From Caecitellus pseudoparvulus (lineage: Eukaryota; Protista; Bigyra: Bicosoecida), in NCBI GenBank assembly GCA_965644315.1, contig CBFFRQ010000044.1, forward strand, positions 310,001-374,000: 64,000 nt of DNA, in the 5' to 3' direction. The notes under the pieces were generated by a model that made no database searches, was not told the DNA's origin, and saw only the letters and a list, made by a program, of their open reading frames with translations. Shown one piece after another: positions 1-12,481 of the stretch. Numbering within the stretch: the stretch's first letter is position 1; every line of letters starts with the position of its first letter. A program made the position numbers and the translations under genes.

Positions 1-2
1 GA

Positions 3-1148
3 GGGCACTGCGGGGCCTTCCCCACGCCCACTGCGTCATCTGACATCGTCACATTGAAGTTTGGCACTGCTGTGGACATGGGCGGCGACATCCTCGTCAG
101 GTGCCTGCACATGCCAGGCAGCGTGGAGATTTGGCGCATCGCGTTCCACACGGCGTTTCTGCAGTTCGAGCCCATTCCCGGCGTCCTGCGCCTGACGCGC
201 GAGCAAATTGACTGCTCCAAACGAAACAAACGCATTGCCAAGCTCCTGCCGCCCGGCTTCATGATTGACTTGTTCTACGACTCCGCCACTGTGCGTGAGG
301 CTCACGGGCTGCCCGTGCTGGCACCGCAGGAACCTGCCAGCCCGACAGGCACGGGAGACAGCCTCCAACGCCCCCGCATGGCCAGCTCCATGAGCGAGGT
401 GGAAGTGGGCAGCCACCCACACAGTGGGCCCACTTCCTCCCCCATCAAATCAGCCCTGCGCCGCCCGCTGACCACCCAAGACGAAGCCGTCCCTGCCTCG
501 CCGAAGCGGGGTGCTGGTAAGCGCCTTCCACGCGTGGGTGCGGGCAGTGGCGCGTTCAGTGACGAGGAGGGCGACGGCAGCGACGCCGAGGCAACACCAG
601 GGTTGGCCTCCCGTCTGGACCGCCTTGCGGCGCTGCCCCGCGAGGCGGTCGCATCCACCGGCGAGCTGTTGCCTGACGTGGAGCAGCTTCGTGCCGAGCA
701 GACACAGAAGGCCGGCCCCCGTCCACGACAGCGCACAGCCAGCACCACCTCAGTCGCCACAGCTGCATCGGTGCAAGCCACGCCAGAGGAGCGTGCCGAG
801 GCGGCTGCCAGTGTGGGGCGCATCGCCAGTGACACAGTGCGTCAGGGTTGGCTGCGGAAGGAGGGGGGGTGGATCAAGTCCTGGCGGGACCGGTACTTCG
901 TGCTGCGGGGCGGGGCGCTGTCGTATTACGCGGACGAGGCGGCAGGCGTCCCGAAAGGCTCCATTCACCTGGGCGACTGCATTGCCGTGCGAGCCTGCCA
1001 GCCTGATGAGGTGCCGGGGAGACTGTTCTGCATTAAACTGCTCTTCCCCACACGTACATACATCCTGCAGGCGCCGTCCCAAACCGCCATGGAGGAGTGG
1101 GTGCTGGCACTCGCGACAGTGCACGGGTCACTCATGATGTGCGCCTGA
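3..1148 (+). CDS. PTEN/tensin-type C2 domain + C-terminal PH domain protein (5' end outside window)
   Basis: The frame is open from base 3. GDILVRCLH...IWRIAFHTAF...LTREQID...FMIDLFY matches the PTEN-C2 pattern. QGWLRKEGGWIKSWRDRYFVL...RTYILQA...MEEWV is a canonical PH domain. Confidence 0.8.
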   Translation, partial: GHCGAFPTPTASSDIVTLKFGTAVDMGGDILVRCLHMPGSVEIWRIAFHTAFLQFEPIPGVLRLTREQIDCSKRNKRIAKLLPPGFMIDLFYDSATVREAHGLPVLAPQEPASPTGTGDSLQRPRMASSMSEVEVGSHPHSGPTSSPIKSALRRPLTTQDEAVPASPKRGAGKRLPRVGAGSGAFSDEEGDGSDAEATPGLASRLDRLAALPREAVASTGELLPDVEQLRAEQTQKAGPRPRQRTASTTSVATAASVQATPEERAEAAASVGRIASDTVRQGWLRKEGGWIKSWRDRYFVLRGGALSYYADEAAGVPKGSIHLGDCIAVRACQPDEVPGRLFCIKLLFPTRTYILQAPSQTAMEEWVLALATVHGSLMMCA

Positions 1149-1161
1149 TGCGGCACGCCCG

Positions 1162-2810
1162 CTATGCGTCTGGGCTGGAGGTGTCAGCTGTGGCCAGCCA
1201 CGCCGCGGCCACCTCAGCAGCCGAAGTGACAGGGCCGGGGGCAGTCTGGGCAGTGGTCCCAGTGGCCTCGCGCTGCCGCTTTGCCGCCTCTCGCGCCGCG
1301 ACGCGCTTGGCCTCCGACGCGGCGGCGTCGGCGGCCTCCTTGGCAACCCGCTTCTCCACGCCCTCCTTGATGATGGCCACGATTGAGTCAGGCAGCTTCC
1401 CCTGTGGTGCTGGCCCTGTGAAGGCCGGCCAGGCGGTGAAGGGGTCCGGGTACTCTGCCCACTTGGCGGGGCCCTCGTCGAACTCCTCGTCTGTCAGGCA
1501 CGCCGCGTCCAGGGCCGCCGTGATGCTCGCCTGATCGTGGCTCATGCCGATGATGACCAGTTCCGTGTGGCGGTCGCCCACTGGCTCCGGCAGCCACTCG
1601 TGCCGCATGGACCGCCAGCTGGGCGGCCACATGGCGTAATGCACCGCTGCGTACCACGGACCCCCCGGCACGACCCGGTGCACACGCCCTGCATGCTCCC
1701 ACACACCGCCGGTGCTCTGCCGCGTGGCCAGCCACAGGAAGCCCTTCGAGCGCACAACACGCTTCAGAACGCTGCCGTCGGCCAGCGCATCCGCCAGACG
1801 CTGAGGATGGAAGGGCCGGCGGCGGCGGTACACAAATGAGCTGATGCCGTACTCCTCTGACTCTGGGATGTGCTCGCCTCGCAGCTCGACGAGCCAGCCT
1901 GGCGCAGACTCCGCCTCAGCCATGCTGAAGCGTTTCGTGTTGAGGATGCTAGTGAGCGGCACAGCGGACCGTGTGGCGGTGAGGATCTCCGCCTTGGTGT
2001 TCAGGCGCGCCAAGGTGGCCTTCACACGAGTCACCGTGGCGGCATCCACAGTGTCCACCTTGTTCACGATGATGACGTTGGCGAACTCCACCTGCTGAAT
2101 GAGCAGGTCCACCAGCCCTCGGGAATCTTCCGGCCCCACCTCCATACCCTTCTCCTTCAGCGTGGCCACGCTGTTCAGGTTGTCACTGAAGGAACCAGCA
2201 TCCACAACCTGGGGGGGGGGTGCGGGGTGCGGGGTATTTGCGGGGTATTTTTGGCGTGGTGTGGCGCACAACGCTGCTGACGCGTCAAACACACGAACAC
2301 CTACCGTGACGAGGGTGTCCAGGCGAGCCACGTCTGAAAGCGCCTGACCCTTGGGGTCCTTGAACGTGAATGTCTCCGCCACAGGCATGGGCTCGCTGAT
2401 GCCCGTGCTCTCGATGACGAGGTAGTCGAACTTTCCATCTTCCGCAAGCTCCCGAACCTGCTCCAGCAGATCCTCGCGCAGCGTGCAGCAGATGCACCCG
2501 TTCTGCATCTGCACCATCTTCTCGGTGCCCCTCTTCAAAGACGTCTCTCCTTGGGATACAAGTTCAGCATCAATGTTCACCTGTAGGAAGGCAGTGGGCG
2601 CAGTGAGCAGTGCGATGACCTTGGGTGCGGAACAGAAACGCCGATGAAACGCACATCGCTCATGTCGTTCACAATGAGCGCCACCTTGAGGGACTCCCGG
2701 TTGTGAAGGATGTGCTGCAGCAGAGTCGTCTTTCCTGCTCCCAGGAAGCCGCTCAGCACTGTCACTGGCAGGCGCCCATCTGCGCCAGGGCTGCCAGCTG
2801 AAGCTGCCAT
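1162..2810 (-). CDS. COG0523/CobW-family G3E GTPase (Zn metallochaperone, ZNG1/YciC-like); introns 2581-2654 and 2209-2304
   Basis: Motifs [22 protein letters not shown] (CxCC), IESTG, NKVD and CobW_C ([18 protein letters not shown]). Both GT-AG introns restore the frame. Confidence 0.93.
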
Positions 2811-3490
2811 TGCTGCTGCCGGGCCACTGTCCCCCTTTCCGGCACAGCCTCACTCCACTCGTGGATGAGAAGGTAAGGAGGACTGGGCGGGGGACACTTG
2901 TTCCAACTTGGCACTTCACAGCACAAATTTGGGCTCCGTGCGGCTCTGCAACTGGTCGCCAGGGTGGGGTCAGCAGCCTCCCACGCACAAAGTGTGCTCC
3001 ACCTCACAAGCTGCCCGGCACTGAAAGCGCTCTGCATGATTCCACGGCTGCAAAGGTCCTGAATCCTTGTGGCTTTCAGGGTTTCACTTTCTGGGGGCAA
3101 TTGCGCGTTGGGAAAACTTTTGTCTAGCTTTTCGCCAACCACTGCTGGGCCCACCAGCACACCTTCATGCAGTGCGCCACACCCCACAGCACAGAATACC
3201 TAAAAGTCCAAGCTATTAACTAGGTGGCCAGTTTCCTTTTTTGGTTTCTTGCTTGCACTGTGTGCTTCTGCGGAGTGCGTGCGTGAGGAGCGTGACCCCC
3301 CAACAAGCTGCCCCCCCCTCCCCTACCGCCGCACGCGAGACATGTGCTGTCAAAAATTACACGAAATACACCCCAAAGCTGTGGCGCGTTTCCTTTCAAT
3401 TCTTTGAGCGAGCATCGCGTCGAAATCCCCCAGTGGCAGGGGCACTCGAAACGCCGTCAGCTGACAACCCGCTCTCCTTCCCGGCCCACC

Positions 3491-3496
3491 TATAAA
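3491..3496 (+). promoter_or_regulatory. TATAAA candidate core promoter of the TmcB-like gene
   Basis: TATAAA is rare in this GC-rich DNA and lies 19-34 nt upstream of ATGs at 3510/3525. Confidence 0.3.
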
Positions 3497-3509
3497 CTGC
3501 GCACCCGCC

Positions 3510-6500
3510 ATGAGCTCGCGGAGCATGGGCGGCGGCACAGTGCGGCCCTTAGATGTGGGACGGAATGCAAACACCGAGCCCCCTCTCAAGGTCAAGGACG
3601 TGTTGTTCAAGGTGAGCAGTGCTGCGAAAAGGACACCATCAACTGTAGTCACGTCGCCGCGACCCGTCACCACTGCAGGTGTTATTTCTGGCTGCCAAGG
3701 ACTCCAAAGTCAGCAACATTACCACCATTGTGCTGACAAGCATTCGTACAGCACAAATGATGGGGTTTGCCGTGTCTGCCTTGCAAGTTGCGGCGGAAGA
3801 CGCGGGCCAATTCCGTGAGTTGGCACAAACACGCTACTTCTCCCGCAGTGCGTTTTTCATGCACCTCGAACGCCCCTCCCCTGCCGCAGAAAGCGGCATG
3901 CGTGCCCTGTCCAGCATTCTCAGCACTCTGAGTGTGGGAAACATGGTCTCCACGTTGCAGCTGTCTGCCGACCTGTCCCCTGCCCTGCTCTGGCTCTCCG
4001 TCGCGTTTTCACTGACGTCACTGGTTTTCCTCGGCTCTGTGACGATCAACATGTTGGCCAGCACGGCCCACTCCGCGTGGCAGTTGAAGACCATGCGGAA
4101 ACTCGCCCTGCTGGGCTCCACGGTCCTCTTCATCCCCGTCGTCAGTGCGTGCCCTGCACTTCGTCACAGCACGTTTCCCCGTTTTCACTTCACTTCTCGT
4201 TCGGCACATGCCGCTCCGCACATGCCGCCCGCTCGCCGCGCCACTTCGCAGGCTTGCAGCTGAACTGGCTTGCATGCCGTGACCCAGCCTTGCTTGCCTC
4301 GATTGGGAGTGCTGAGCAATGCTACAACGGCTTGCACCTGGCCGGCGCCATCGTCATCTTCCTCACGCTACCGCCATTCATTGGGGTGGCCGGAGTTACA
4401 GCTGCCTGCTACGTAGACCATGCCCTGCGCGGCGCCACGTACAACACCAAGACCCACGGCCGGGCGGACACGGTGCTGCTCATCGGACAGGTGCTGGCCA
4501 TTGCCCTGTTCGAGCTGTCTGAGCCAAGCAGCAGCATGTGGTTCAAGGTGCTTGTGCTGCTGGCACTCGGCGTGTACTGGGTGCACGCGTTTGTCATGAC
4601 ACAGCCCCACGTTATTGGGCACATGAACGACATCCGGGCGGCACAAGGCGGTGCCTATGCCTGGGCAGCCTTCAGCCTGTTCATGGCCGCCGTGTACCCA
4701 GCTGGTGACTCGGGGCTGCTGCTCCTTGCCGGGGTCGCGCCCTTCGCTGGCCTGTGCGCTGCAGCCGCCCACATCAGGCGCACTCGTGTTGAGATGGCAG
4801 CCTTCATGGACCTGCACAGCATGGCAGACATGCACCGGTGGGGGCTAGCACGGGTACGGCAGTACATGGCGGTGAAGGGGGAAGGCGGAGCCAAAGCGGA
4901 GTTGATCACCCTGCTGCGGGATGTGGGGCTGACGCAGACGACATCCCTGCAGCTGCGAGGCCGCAGGTCCACCTTGCAGAGCGAAGTCAAGGCTGATCAG
5001 GCGCCCCAGAGCAAGCCGGCCGCCTCCACTGCCGTCGCGCCAAAGGGCGCTTCAGCGCCCGTCATTGACGATTCGAAGCCGCTGCCCCCCCGGCCAGCCA
5101 CCCTGCACCTCGCACGCATGGCTCGCACGGCATCTGTGGAGTCCAGTGCCATTCCAGGGAGTGTCATGGAGCCGGGCCAGTCTGTGGCGCTGGAGACTGT
5201 GGCGGAGGAACGGGCGCCGTTGAAATCGGCGCTGAAGCAAGTGGAGCGGGAACGCCGCGATTCCACCATAGAGCCCGGCCAAGCAAGCAGTGGCCCTGCC
5301 ATGACCTTCCAAGTCGGGCATGAGCGATCCATCTCCTCCGCCAACCGGCACATGGAGCGTGCCTTGTTGACAGCGGCTGACCGTGCATTCAAGGCTGCAG
5401 CCGCGGTGGCGGGCGCCAGCACCCTGGCGCACTTCACGAAGGCGTCCTTCTATAGGTACTACCGCTCCAGCCGCTACATCGAGTATGTCGCCTTGAATGA
5501 TGCCAAGGCGGGTGGACCTCCTCTGGATGTCGCTTTCTTTGTGTACCAACGCACACGCCAACTGCAAGAAGCACAGGCCGAGTTTTCGTCAGTGGGGGAA
5601 GCCAAGCTGTCTGCCATCGACCGGGTGCTATACGACCAGCACTGGACCGCTGCAGTCAAGGCGGAGGTGGACTGGCACACGGCACAGGTGCGAGTGTGGA
5701 GCGTTCTGGCCACGCCTGACCCCAGCGCGGAGGAGCTGCACGAGGCTGGCATCCAGCTGGCACGTGCTCTCATCACAGCCCAGACGTCATACGACGCCAT
5801 GCTGGCCATGAACCCCAACTCTTCCCGCCTCCTGCGCGCCATGGGCTCCTACCGCATCCGCATGTGTGGCGACGTGGACGCCGGCAACGCGTTGCTGTCC
5901 CGGGCGGAGCGCATGGATGCGGCGGCCTTCCAGCGCAGCCAGGCCGAGCTGCCCTTCTTCCAGTACGGCGCCCACATGCCCACAAAGAGTTTTGTCGTGG
6001 ACGAGTCCTGTGCCCTCATCACTGCCTCTGGGTCCCCCCACAGCATCGGGGAAGTCACTGACGCCAATGCGACGGCAGCTCGCATGTTCGCCTGCACCGT
6101 GCCCACCCTCATCTCCAAGGCACTGCCAGACCTGCTGCCGCCCATTCTGGGGGAAGCCTTCGAGGCATCCATGCTGCAGTACACGACTTCTGGCGACGGG
6201 TTGGCCTTTGACAAGGTGCGCCTGATGCTGATGGAGGACGCTTCCCAGCACCTGCTGCCTGTGGCGGCCCTGCTGCAGGAGACGCCCAGCGTGGACACCA
6301 GCATGACCATGAACTTCACACTGGCCCTGCAGAAAGTGAACACGCCCTTCGACATGTTGCTGTGCGCGGGGCCGGACAATGACTACCGTATCATTGGCGG
6401 GACCAGCGCCGCCTTCACCATGCTGCGCACGACACCCCAGGCCATCCGGGAGCAGACAGAGCCTGCTGCGGCGTCTGTGCTGCGCTTCATGCCGCAGCTG

Positions 6501-9482
6501 GACATGGCAGCTGCGCGGGATATGTACGGCTGGGGCTCTGTGGAAGACATGGTGTCCGCTTCTGACACCCGTGACGGGTCGAGACCCGGCTCCCCCGCCC
6601 ACGGCAAAGCTGCCAAGACGGATGTGCTGCGGCGGCAGCAGCTGGCACGGAACGGCTCGTCGGTCTCCATGCGATCTGACGTCGCGCTGCATGGGGCCCT
6701 TCGCGCAGCAGGGTACGTTCTCGTGGCTGACATGCAGGAGGAGGCTCCCGTTCCCCACGCCCAGCTGCAGGCTCAGACGCAGGAAGTGGAGTCAGGCCAA
6801 GTGCCGCTCATGCTCATCATGTGGCCTTCCAGCACTGTGCGGCGGCTGAAGTCTGGACAAGCCAGTTGCCGGTCGCCACCAGGAGCCCTGCAGAAAGTGG
6901 TACAAGCTGCCATGCAGGCGGCGGCGGCGCAGCGCAAAGTGCACATCCAATCGCCCACCAGCATGGCTGCACGCGAAGGTGCAAGGCAGCACCCGGGCCC
7001 GCAGCATGCAGCCAAAGGTGCGCCACGGGCATTGTCGCCGGCCCCCAGTGCCAGCGGCAGCAGCACACCCAGCAGTGCCTTGCCAATCATCCTCCCCACT
7101 ACCGCTGGTGGTCCTGGTTCAAGCCACCTGGAGATCTCAGCGGTGCAGCAGGCGTCAGGAGCTGCAGGGGCCGAGTCAAAGTTTGGCCCACGAACACTGC
7201 AGCCCCTGAAAGTGCCCACACGGTCCGACATGTCCTATGCCACGCTGGCGGAAGGCGAGTCGCAGCTGTCGGACATCTTGTCGAGGCCTGAGAACCCGCA
7301 CACTGGGAGGCGGGTGTCTGTGCCGGGAGCAGCCCCATTCAAGGTGGACGCGGCAAAGCATGCGGATGGCAGTGCGCCTCAGCTGCCTGAAGGAGGGAGC
7401 ATGACTCCGCCGCCGGGAGAAGACGAGGCAGGGACGTACATGGGGGGCGCCTCCTCTAGCGGCGTGTCGTCAGTCAGCTCTCACACACGCCGAACACGGT
7501 TCTTGCTGCGGTCCGTCCTTGGCCAGGGCAAGCACCCCGCCGTGGCGGCAGTGCTGGTTTCCCTCGGTGTGCTGTTTGGGACGATGGTGCTGCTGGCCCT
7601 CGTTTTCTGCACAGTCGTTGTCGTGGAGCGCGAGACCTCGGAGCGGTCAGAAGCCTCCCTCGTCACAGGCTATGCCCGCACGACGCACATGCTGTCAGGG
7701 TCTTCCCACGTGCAGCACCTTCTGCTGGAGAGCCAGGAACACTTCCAGCTGCTGCCCAGCGGGCTGATCCGATATATGCTCACGTATGACCAGCAGCAGT
7801 TGTCCAAGGAGCAAGAGCAGCTGTCTGGAGACCACCGACTGCTGTACAACACAGACGGCAAGACGGTGCTGGATGGTGAGCGGGTGACAGTGGTGGACCG
7901 CACTGATCAGGGCAGGGCAGTGAACGTGACACTCACTGTTCCCGAGGCGGTGCAGTGGTTCATCTCCCAGCTCAAGCGCATCGCTGACCTTGCCCGGAGT
8001 CAGGTGACTCCTGCTGAGCCGCACGTCGCTGCAGCAGTGCACAACGCACTGCCCGTCATGCTGCCGCTGCTGGAGGAGAACAAAGACCTCGCGTTGAAGG
8101 CATACCTGGACAAGGAAGAGGAGCATGATTTCCTGCTGTATGGCAGCTACCTGGGCCTGTTTTTCGTGTGCGTCGTTGGGTCCTCGGCGTTCCTGTGGTG
8201 GCAGCTGAACGCTCTGCGGCGCCACCGCACGATGCTGCTGGACGTGTTCACGTTCGTTCCCCGCAAGGTGAGCAAGAAACTCAAGAATATCTCCCAGGTG
8301 GCGCTCCTCGCATCCATGAACCACGCACAGGCCGAGCTTGGGGATGCGGAGCTGGAACTGGGCAAGGCAGCAGGTGCAGGGGAGGGTGACGGGGAGGATG
8401 CAGCTGCCGCCAAGCATGTGAGCGAGGGCACCACTGCACTGGACATTCCCCGCATCACGAAGCTGGCAGACCGAGCGTCTCGCCGGGCACCTTTCGAGCA
8501 CCCCTGGAAGACCGACTTGGCGGCAGGATTCCGCCTGTGGCTGCCCGTCCTGTTCATTGGCGTCTTTCTCGCCGCAGTCTTCGTGCACTCGCAAGACCAC
8601 CGCGTGAGGCGCAAGCAGATTGCACAGCGAGCGTACTTCTCCGAAGCCCTCCTGGACAGCCTGCTCACGCTGGATCTGCGCCTGGCAGCGGCACTGTCCG
8701 ACGACGTGCGGGCCATGCAGAGTGACGTGCAGTCGATGACCGACCTGCGTGCGTCATTCGACGCCGCCCACGAACGCGCCCATGTAGACTTGACCATCAT
8801 CATGCAGGGCGTGACCAGTGGGCCCATCGACGGTGTGTCCACCCCAGGCCCGGCCCCGGGGGATGACCTGTTCACGTTGATCTTCAAGGATGCCTGTGCG
8901 TACATCGACAGCCACACACACTCCTTGAACAATGCGACGTACTTTTCCGCCGCAAGCTGCGCGGCCCTTGACGATGGCGTGCTGCGCTCGGGGCTGCAGG
9001 CGGGCGTATTACGCTACCTGTCCCTGGCCACCCGCGCCTTCACAGACGCCCTCGCGTCGCGGGCCGAAAACGGCGGCACCCTCCCCCCCAACTTCAACAC
9101 CACAGCTGCTGCGGCCTCGGCACGCACAGCCACGCGCCTGCTGCACCCGTACTTGCTGGAACTTGGCAGCATGGCCACTGCCCAGACTCGCATTGAGGTG
9201 GCAGCTTCCTTGACAGAGGAAGCGGCTGTGCTCTTTGCGATTTCTGCCAGCCTGGTGCTGGTGCAGCTCATCGCGCTGCTGGTGTATTTCTTGCCGCACT
9301 TGAAACGCCACGGGGAGGACACCGTTGCCACGCAGATTCTGCTGACAGTGCTGCCTTCTGCGCTGCTGACGGCAGATATCGACATGCACGAAGCTGTCGT
9401 GGAGGCTGTGGAGAGTGTTGAGGCTGCCTTTCCCCAGGCGGGCGTGCTCTCCAGTGCCCACAAGTACATCGCAGCAGCGTAG
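3510..9482 (+). CDS. TmcB/TmcC (tiny macrocysts)-like large membrane protein with PAS domain; introns 3612-3678 and 4145-4251
   Basis: N-terminal multi-TM block, a helical TPR-like region (NPNSSRLLRAMGSY), a PAS-like segment (IGEVTDANATAARMF...LPDLLPP), then C-terminal TM pairs around loops with a C...C..G.L..GL motif. The introns join three ORFs in frame. Confidence 0.7.
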
Positions 9483-10016
9483 GTAGCACACGACTTGCTG
9501 GCGTGCCGCTGCGTTGCGCTGGCTGCGCTGCACGAAAAATGTACATACATCGACGGCACTCTAGCGCATCGCAAAGCAAACCCAACAGCAAGAAAGTGTG
9601 TGGCAAGGGCGTGTAAATTGTGAAAAAGGAGGGGCATGTTGCGTTTGAGTGGGAACAAAGCCACTGTGGAATTCAACTCGAGGGAGAGGTTGTCTGTGGG
9701 TCACGTTGACACGCCGAGGCAGTGCTGCATATTTCGTAGTAGACAATGCGTTGACAAACGTGACAATATTCTTCAGTCGAGCCGCCAGCAGTAATCCCCC
9801 CTAGTCTTCCGTTGTACACTGCTCGCTCCCATCCCCCCCGCGCACCCGGTGCGCCGTTTTCGGCTCCTAATCGAGCGGGCCTTTGTTCCCTGATTTGGCT
9901 GTCTGCCGCACTGGGGCTTCCCCCACGTGCAGCGGCTAAGGGAGGCGCAGTCAGCAGCAGGCGCCGAATCCAGCTTCTGTTTGACTCAATTCTGCTTCCT
10001 ACACCCACTGCACGTC

Positions 10017-11987
10017 ATGGGGAACGCTGCGTTGGTGAGTTGTCGCATGAGGTGCTTGCTGTCGCCGCGACATGGCCAGGCCATGCAGGCGCTGCGGCGC
10101 AGCTTGCATGTGATGCTCGTGCGCTGTGATGCGGAAAAAGAAGTAGCCATACTCACAGCACAACAGGCCAAAGTCAGCATTTGCCATCGGCGTCTTGTGT
10201 CGGGCGGAGCAGGGCAGATTGTGTTTGGTGAAACGGCACTGAAACGCGCGCACGCCCACCTTGCACAGGCTGTGTTCACGGGCGACCTTGCGCAGCTGTG
10301 GGCCATTGAGGGGCAGCCTGAGGCGCCATTTTGCATAGTTTCCGAGATCCTCACCGCCCTGCAGTCCAGGGATGAGGCACTGCGGACACCTGGCCTGCTC
10401 CTGACGCCAGCAACACTGTCGGTGGTGGTGAAGGTGGTGCTGGGCAGTGGCGCGGCGGGGGGCGGCGCAGGCCCCGAGCGCAGCCAAGTGGGCGACGCCA
10501 AGGCGGACAGTAGCGTCATGAAACGCATCTCGTTCTCCAGCATCCCCTCTCGCTCCGACACGGCCGCTGTGCGCACGTACATCCAGAGGCGCCCCGAGCT
10601 GGCCGTGCGCGTGGCTGCCTCCCAGAGTCTGGTGAAGGAGCTGGAGTCAGTGATCCGGGGGCATGTGGCTGAAGTGGCCAAGGGTGGTGCAAACCCACCT
10701 GCGCCTGCACCCCCCGGGCCAGGCGCCGTGGAGCCGGTTGGCGGGTTCGCAGTGCCCAGCGACGGCGGAGCGGCAAGTCTCGCTGCGAGCTGGCCCCACA
10801 CACAACTCCGCAAGGCCATCGCCCCTTGCATCGCCAAAGTGGAGGATGTCCACGTATTGGCGGGGGTGCTGCTGCAGTTCCTGGCGTCGCTGCAAGTGCC
10901 CCTCATCCCACCGCTCATGGTGCATGCGTTTTTCACGGCGGTCGTCACGCGCGACGCGCACGCGCAAATCGTCGCGCTGCGGGCAGCTGTGGCGTGCCTG
11001 CCACCCCCCCATTTCCATGCGCTGCGGGCGCTGGTGGAGTTCGCGGCGCTGGATGTGCTGCACGCCGACAACGCGTCAGAAAACGGCGTGACTCTGGACG
11101 TGCTCAGCGATGTGCTGGGGCAAGTGGTGCTGCCCCCCCACACCATCACGCAGCCCCAGGCGGCGACGCAACTGCAAGGGCAGGGAGGGGAGGAGTCACA
11201 GGGTGGTGGGCCCACCCCTGGCGGGCCACCCACCACGCCCGGCACTAAGGCAGCCCGCATCGCAGTGACTCCCGCCCTTGCCAGCAGCTATGCCTCCCAG
11301 CTGGTGGGGCTGCTGGTGCAGCAGTACACGACTCTCTTCTCAGGCAGCAATGTGCAGGACCTGGTCACGTCGGCCATCAGCCTGCAGTCTGCGCAGCGTG
11401 CGTTGGCGGCGAGTCAGGCGGCGCACCGTGCGGCACTTGCGGAAATTGCAGCGGGCGAAGATGCGCGGGTGATGATGTCTGCCGTCGCGCTGCAGCGGCT
11501 CAAGCTGAAACGCGTCATGGCCGCGTGGCACGCCCAGGCCAGTGTGGGGCGGGGTCGTGCTGCGTTGCACGCCCGTGTGCGTGTGCTGACGGACCTGGCC
11601 ACAGAGCTTGCAGGGGAGGTGGAGGAGCAAGCCCTGCTCATTGAGCGCCTGCGGGGGCAGTTGGAGGAGGCTGGCATTGTGGGGGCGTTGAGGGGGGGTG
11701 CGACGGTGACTGGCGCCGCCCCACCCCCTGTGCCGCATGAGCGGGTGCAGGCTGCCCTGGAAGCGCAGCAGCGCCCCACCACGCCCCAAACGGACCATGG
11801 CTCACCCGGCACGGCACACAGCGCTATGGACCTGACGAGCCCCTCCCACACACGGGCTGCCGCGCGGGCGGCTCAGCTGTTCGCGGAAGGAGCCCCAGGC
11901 AGCTTAGTGGCGCAGGCGATGCCCCCTGCACCAGCCCACAGCGTGTCCAGCGGAGGGTACCGGGTGCCCGCTCAATATTCGCAATGA
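10017..11987 (+). CDS. RhoGAP-fold protein with C-terminal coiled coil; probable intron 10035-10268
   Basis: LAGVLLQFLASLQVPLIP...LPPPHFHALRALVEF...N...L..VLGQVVL matches the RhoGAP core. The start MGNAAL is followed by a GTGAGT donor. Confidence 0.7.
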   Translation: MGNAALVSCRMRCLLSPRHGQAMQALRRSLHVMLVRCDAEKEVAILTAQQAKVSICHRRLVSGGAGQIVFGETALKRAHAHLAQAVFTGDLAQLWAIEGQPEAPFCIVSEILTALQSRDEALRTPGLLLTPATLSVVVKVVLGSGAAGGGAGPERSQVGDAKADSSVMKRISFSSIPSRSDTAAVRTYIQRRPELAVRVAASQSLVKELESVIRGHVAEVAKGGANPPAPAPPGPGAVEPVGGFAVPSDGGAASLAASWPHTQLRKAIAPCIAKVEDVHVLAGVLLQFLASLQVPLIPPLMVHAFFTAVVTRDAHAQIVALRAAVACLPPPHFHALRALVEFAALDVLHADNASENGVTLDVLSDVLGQVVLPPHTITQPQAATQLQGQGGEESQGGGPTPGGPPTTPGTKAARIAVTPALASSYASQLVGLLVQQYTTLFSGSNVQDLVTSAISLQSAQRALAASQAAHRAALAEIAAGEDARVMMSAVALQRLKLKRVMAAWHAQASVGRGRAALHARVRVLTDLATELAGEVEEQALLIERLRGQLEEAGIVGALRGGATVTGAAPPPVPHERVQAALEAQQRPTTPQTDHGSPGTAHSAMDLTSPSHTRAAARAAQLFAEGAPGSLVAQAMPPAPAHSVSSGGYRVPAQYSQ

Positions 11988-12481
11988 AGCTGCACGTGTA
12001 CAGTGTTTGGATTGGGTGTTGGTTTGCGCCCGCTTCGCGCTTGTGGTGCAGGTGGTCGGCGAGGCGTTGCGCCGGACTCGCCCGTTTCACGCTGAAACTC
12101 CGCACGACACCGCGGCAACCGTGACACAACAACTGCAGGGCCGGCCCAAAATTACACCCGTCCACGCACTACACCAGTCATGATTACTCGTCTTCTTGCT
12201 CGATCTCTGCCCCAGCCTGTGTTGCAGGCCGGCCTGGTTCGTGCCAGCATTTGCCGCTTCGCTTCACGTTTGAACGCCCCCACCGCCACGCTGCCGGACC
12301 AACCCCCCCCCTCCCCAGGGACTGTCGAGGCCCCTCGTTGCTCTTTCCAGCTTCCACACTTCAGTGTTTACATTTGAGCCTGTGAGTGCCCTGGTTCGGC
12401 TTGCCTTGGGCGGCGCAGGAGCCCCGTCGTTTCACCGTGAAACTCAAATGGACCGCGCCCCCCACACCGCAGCCAGCTGGC

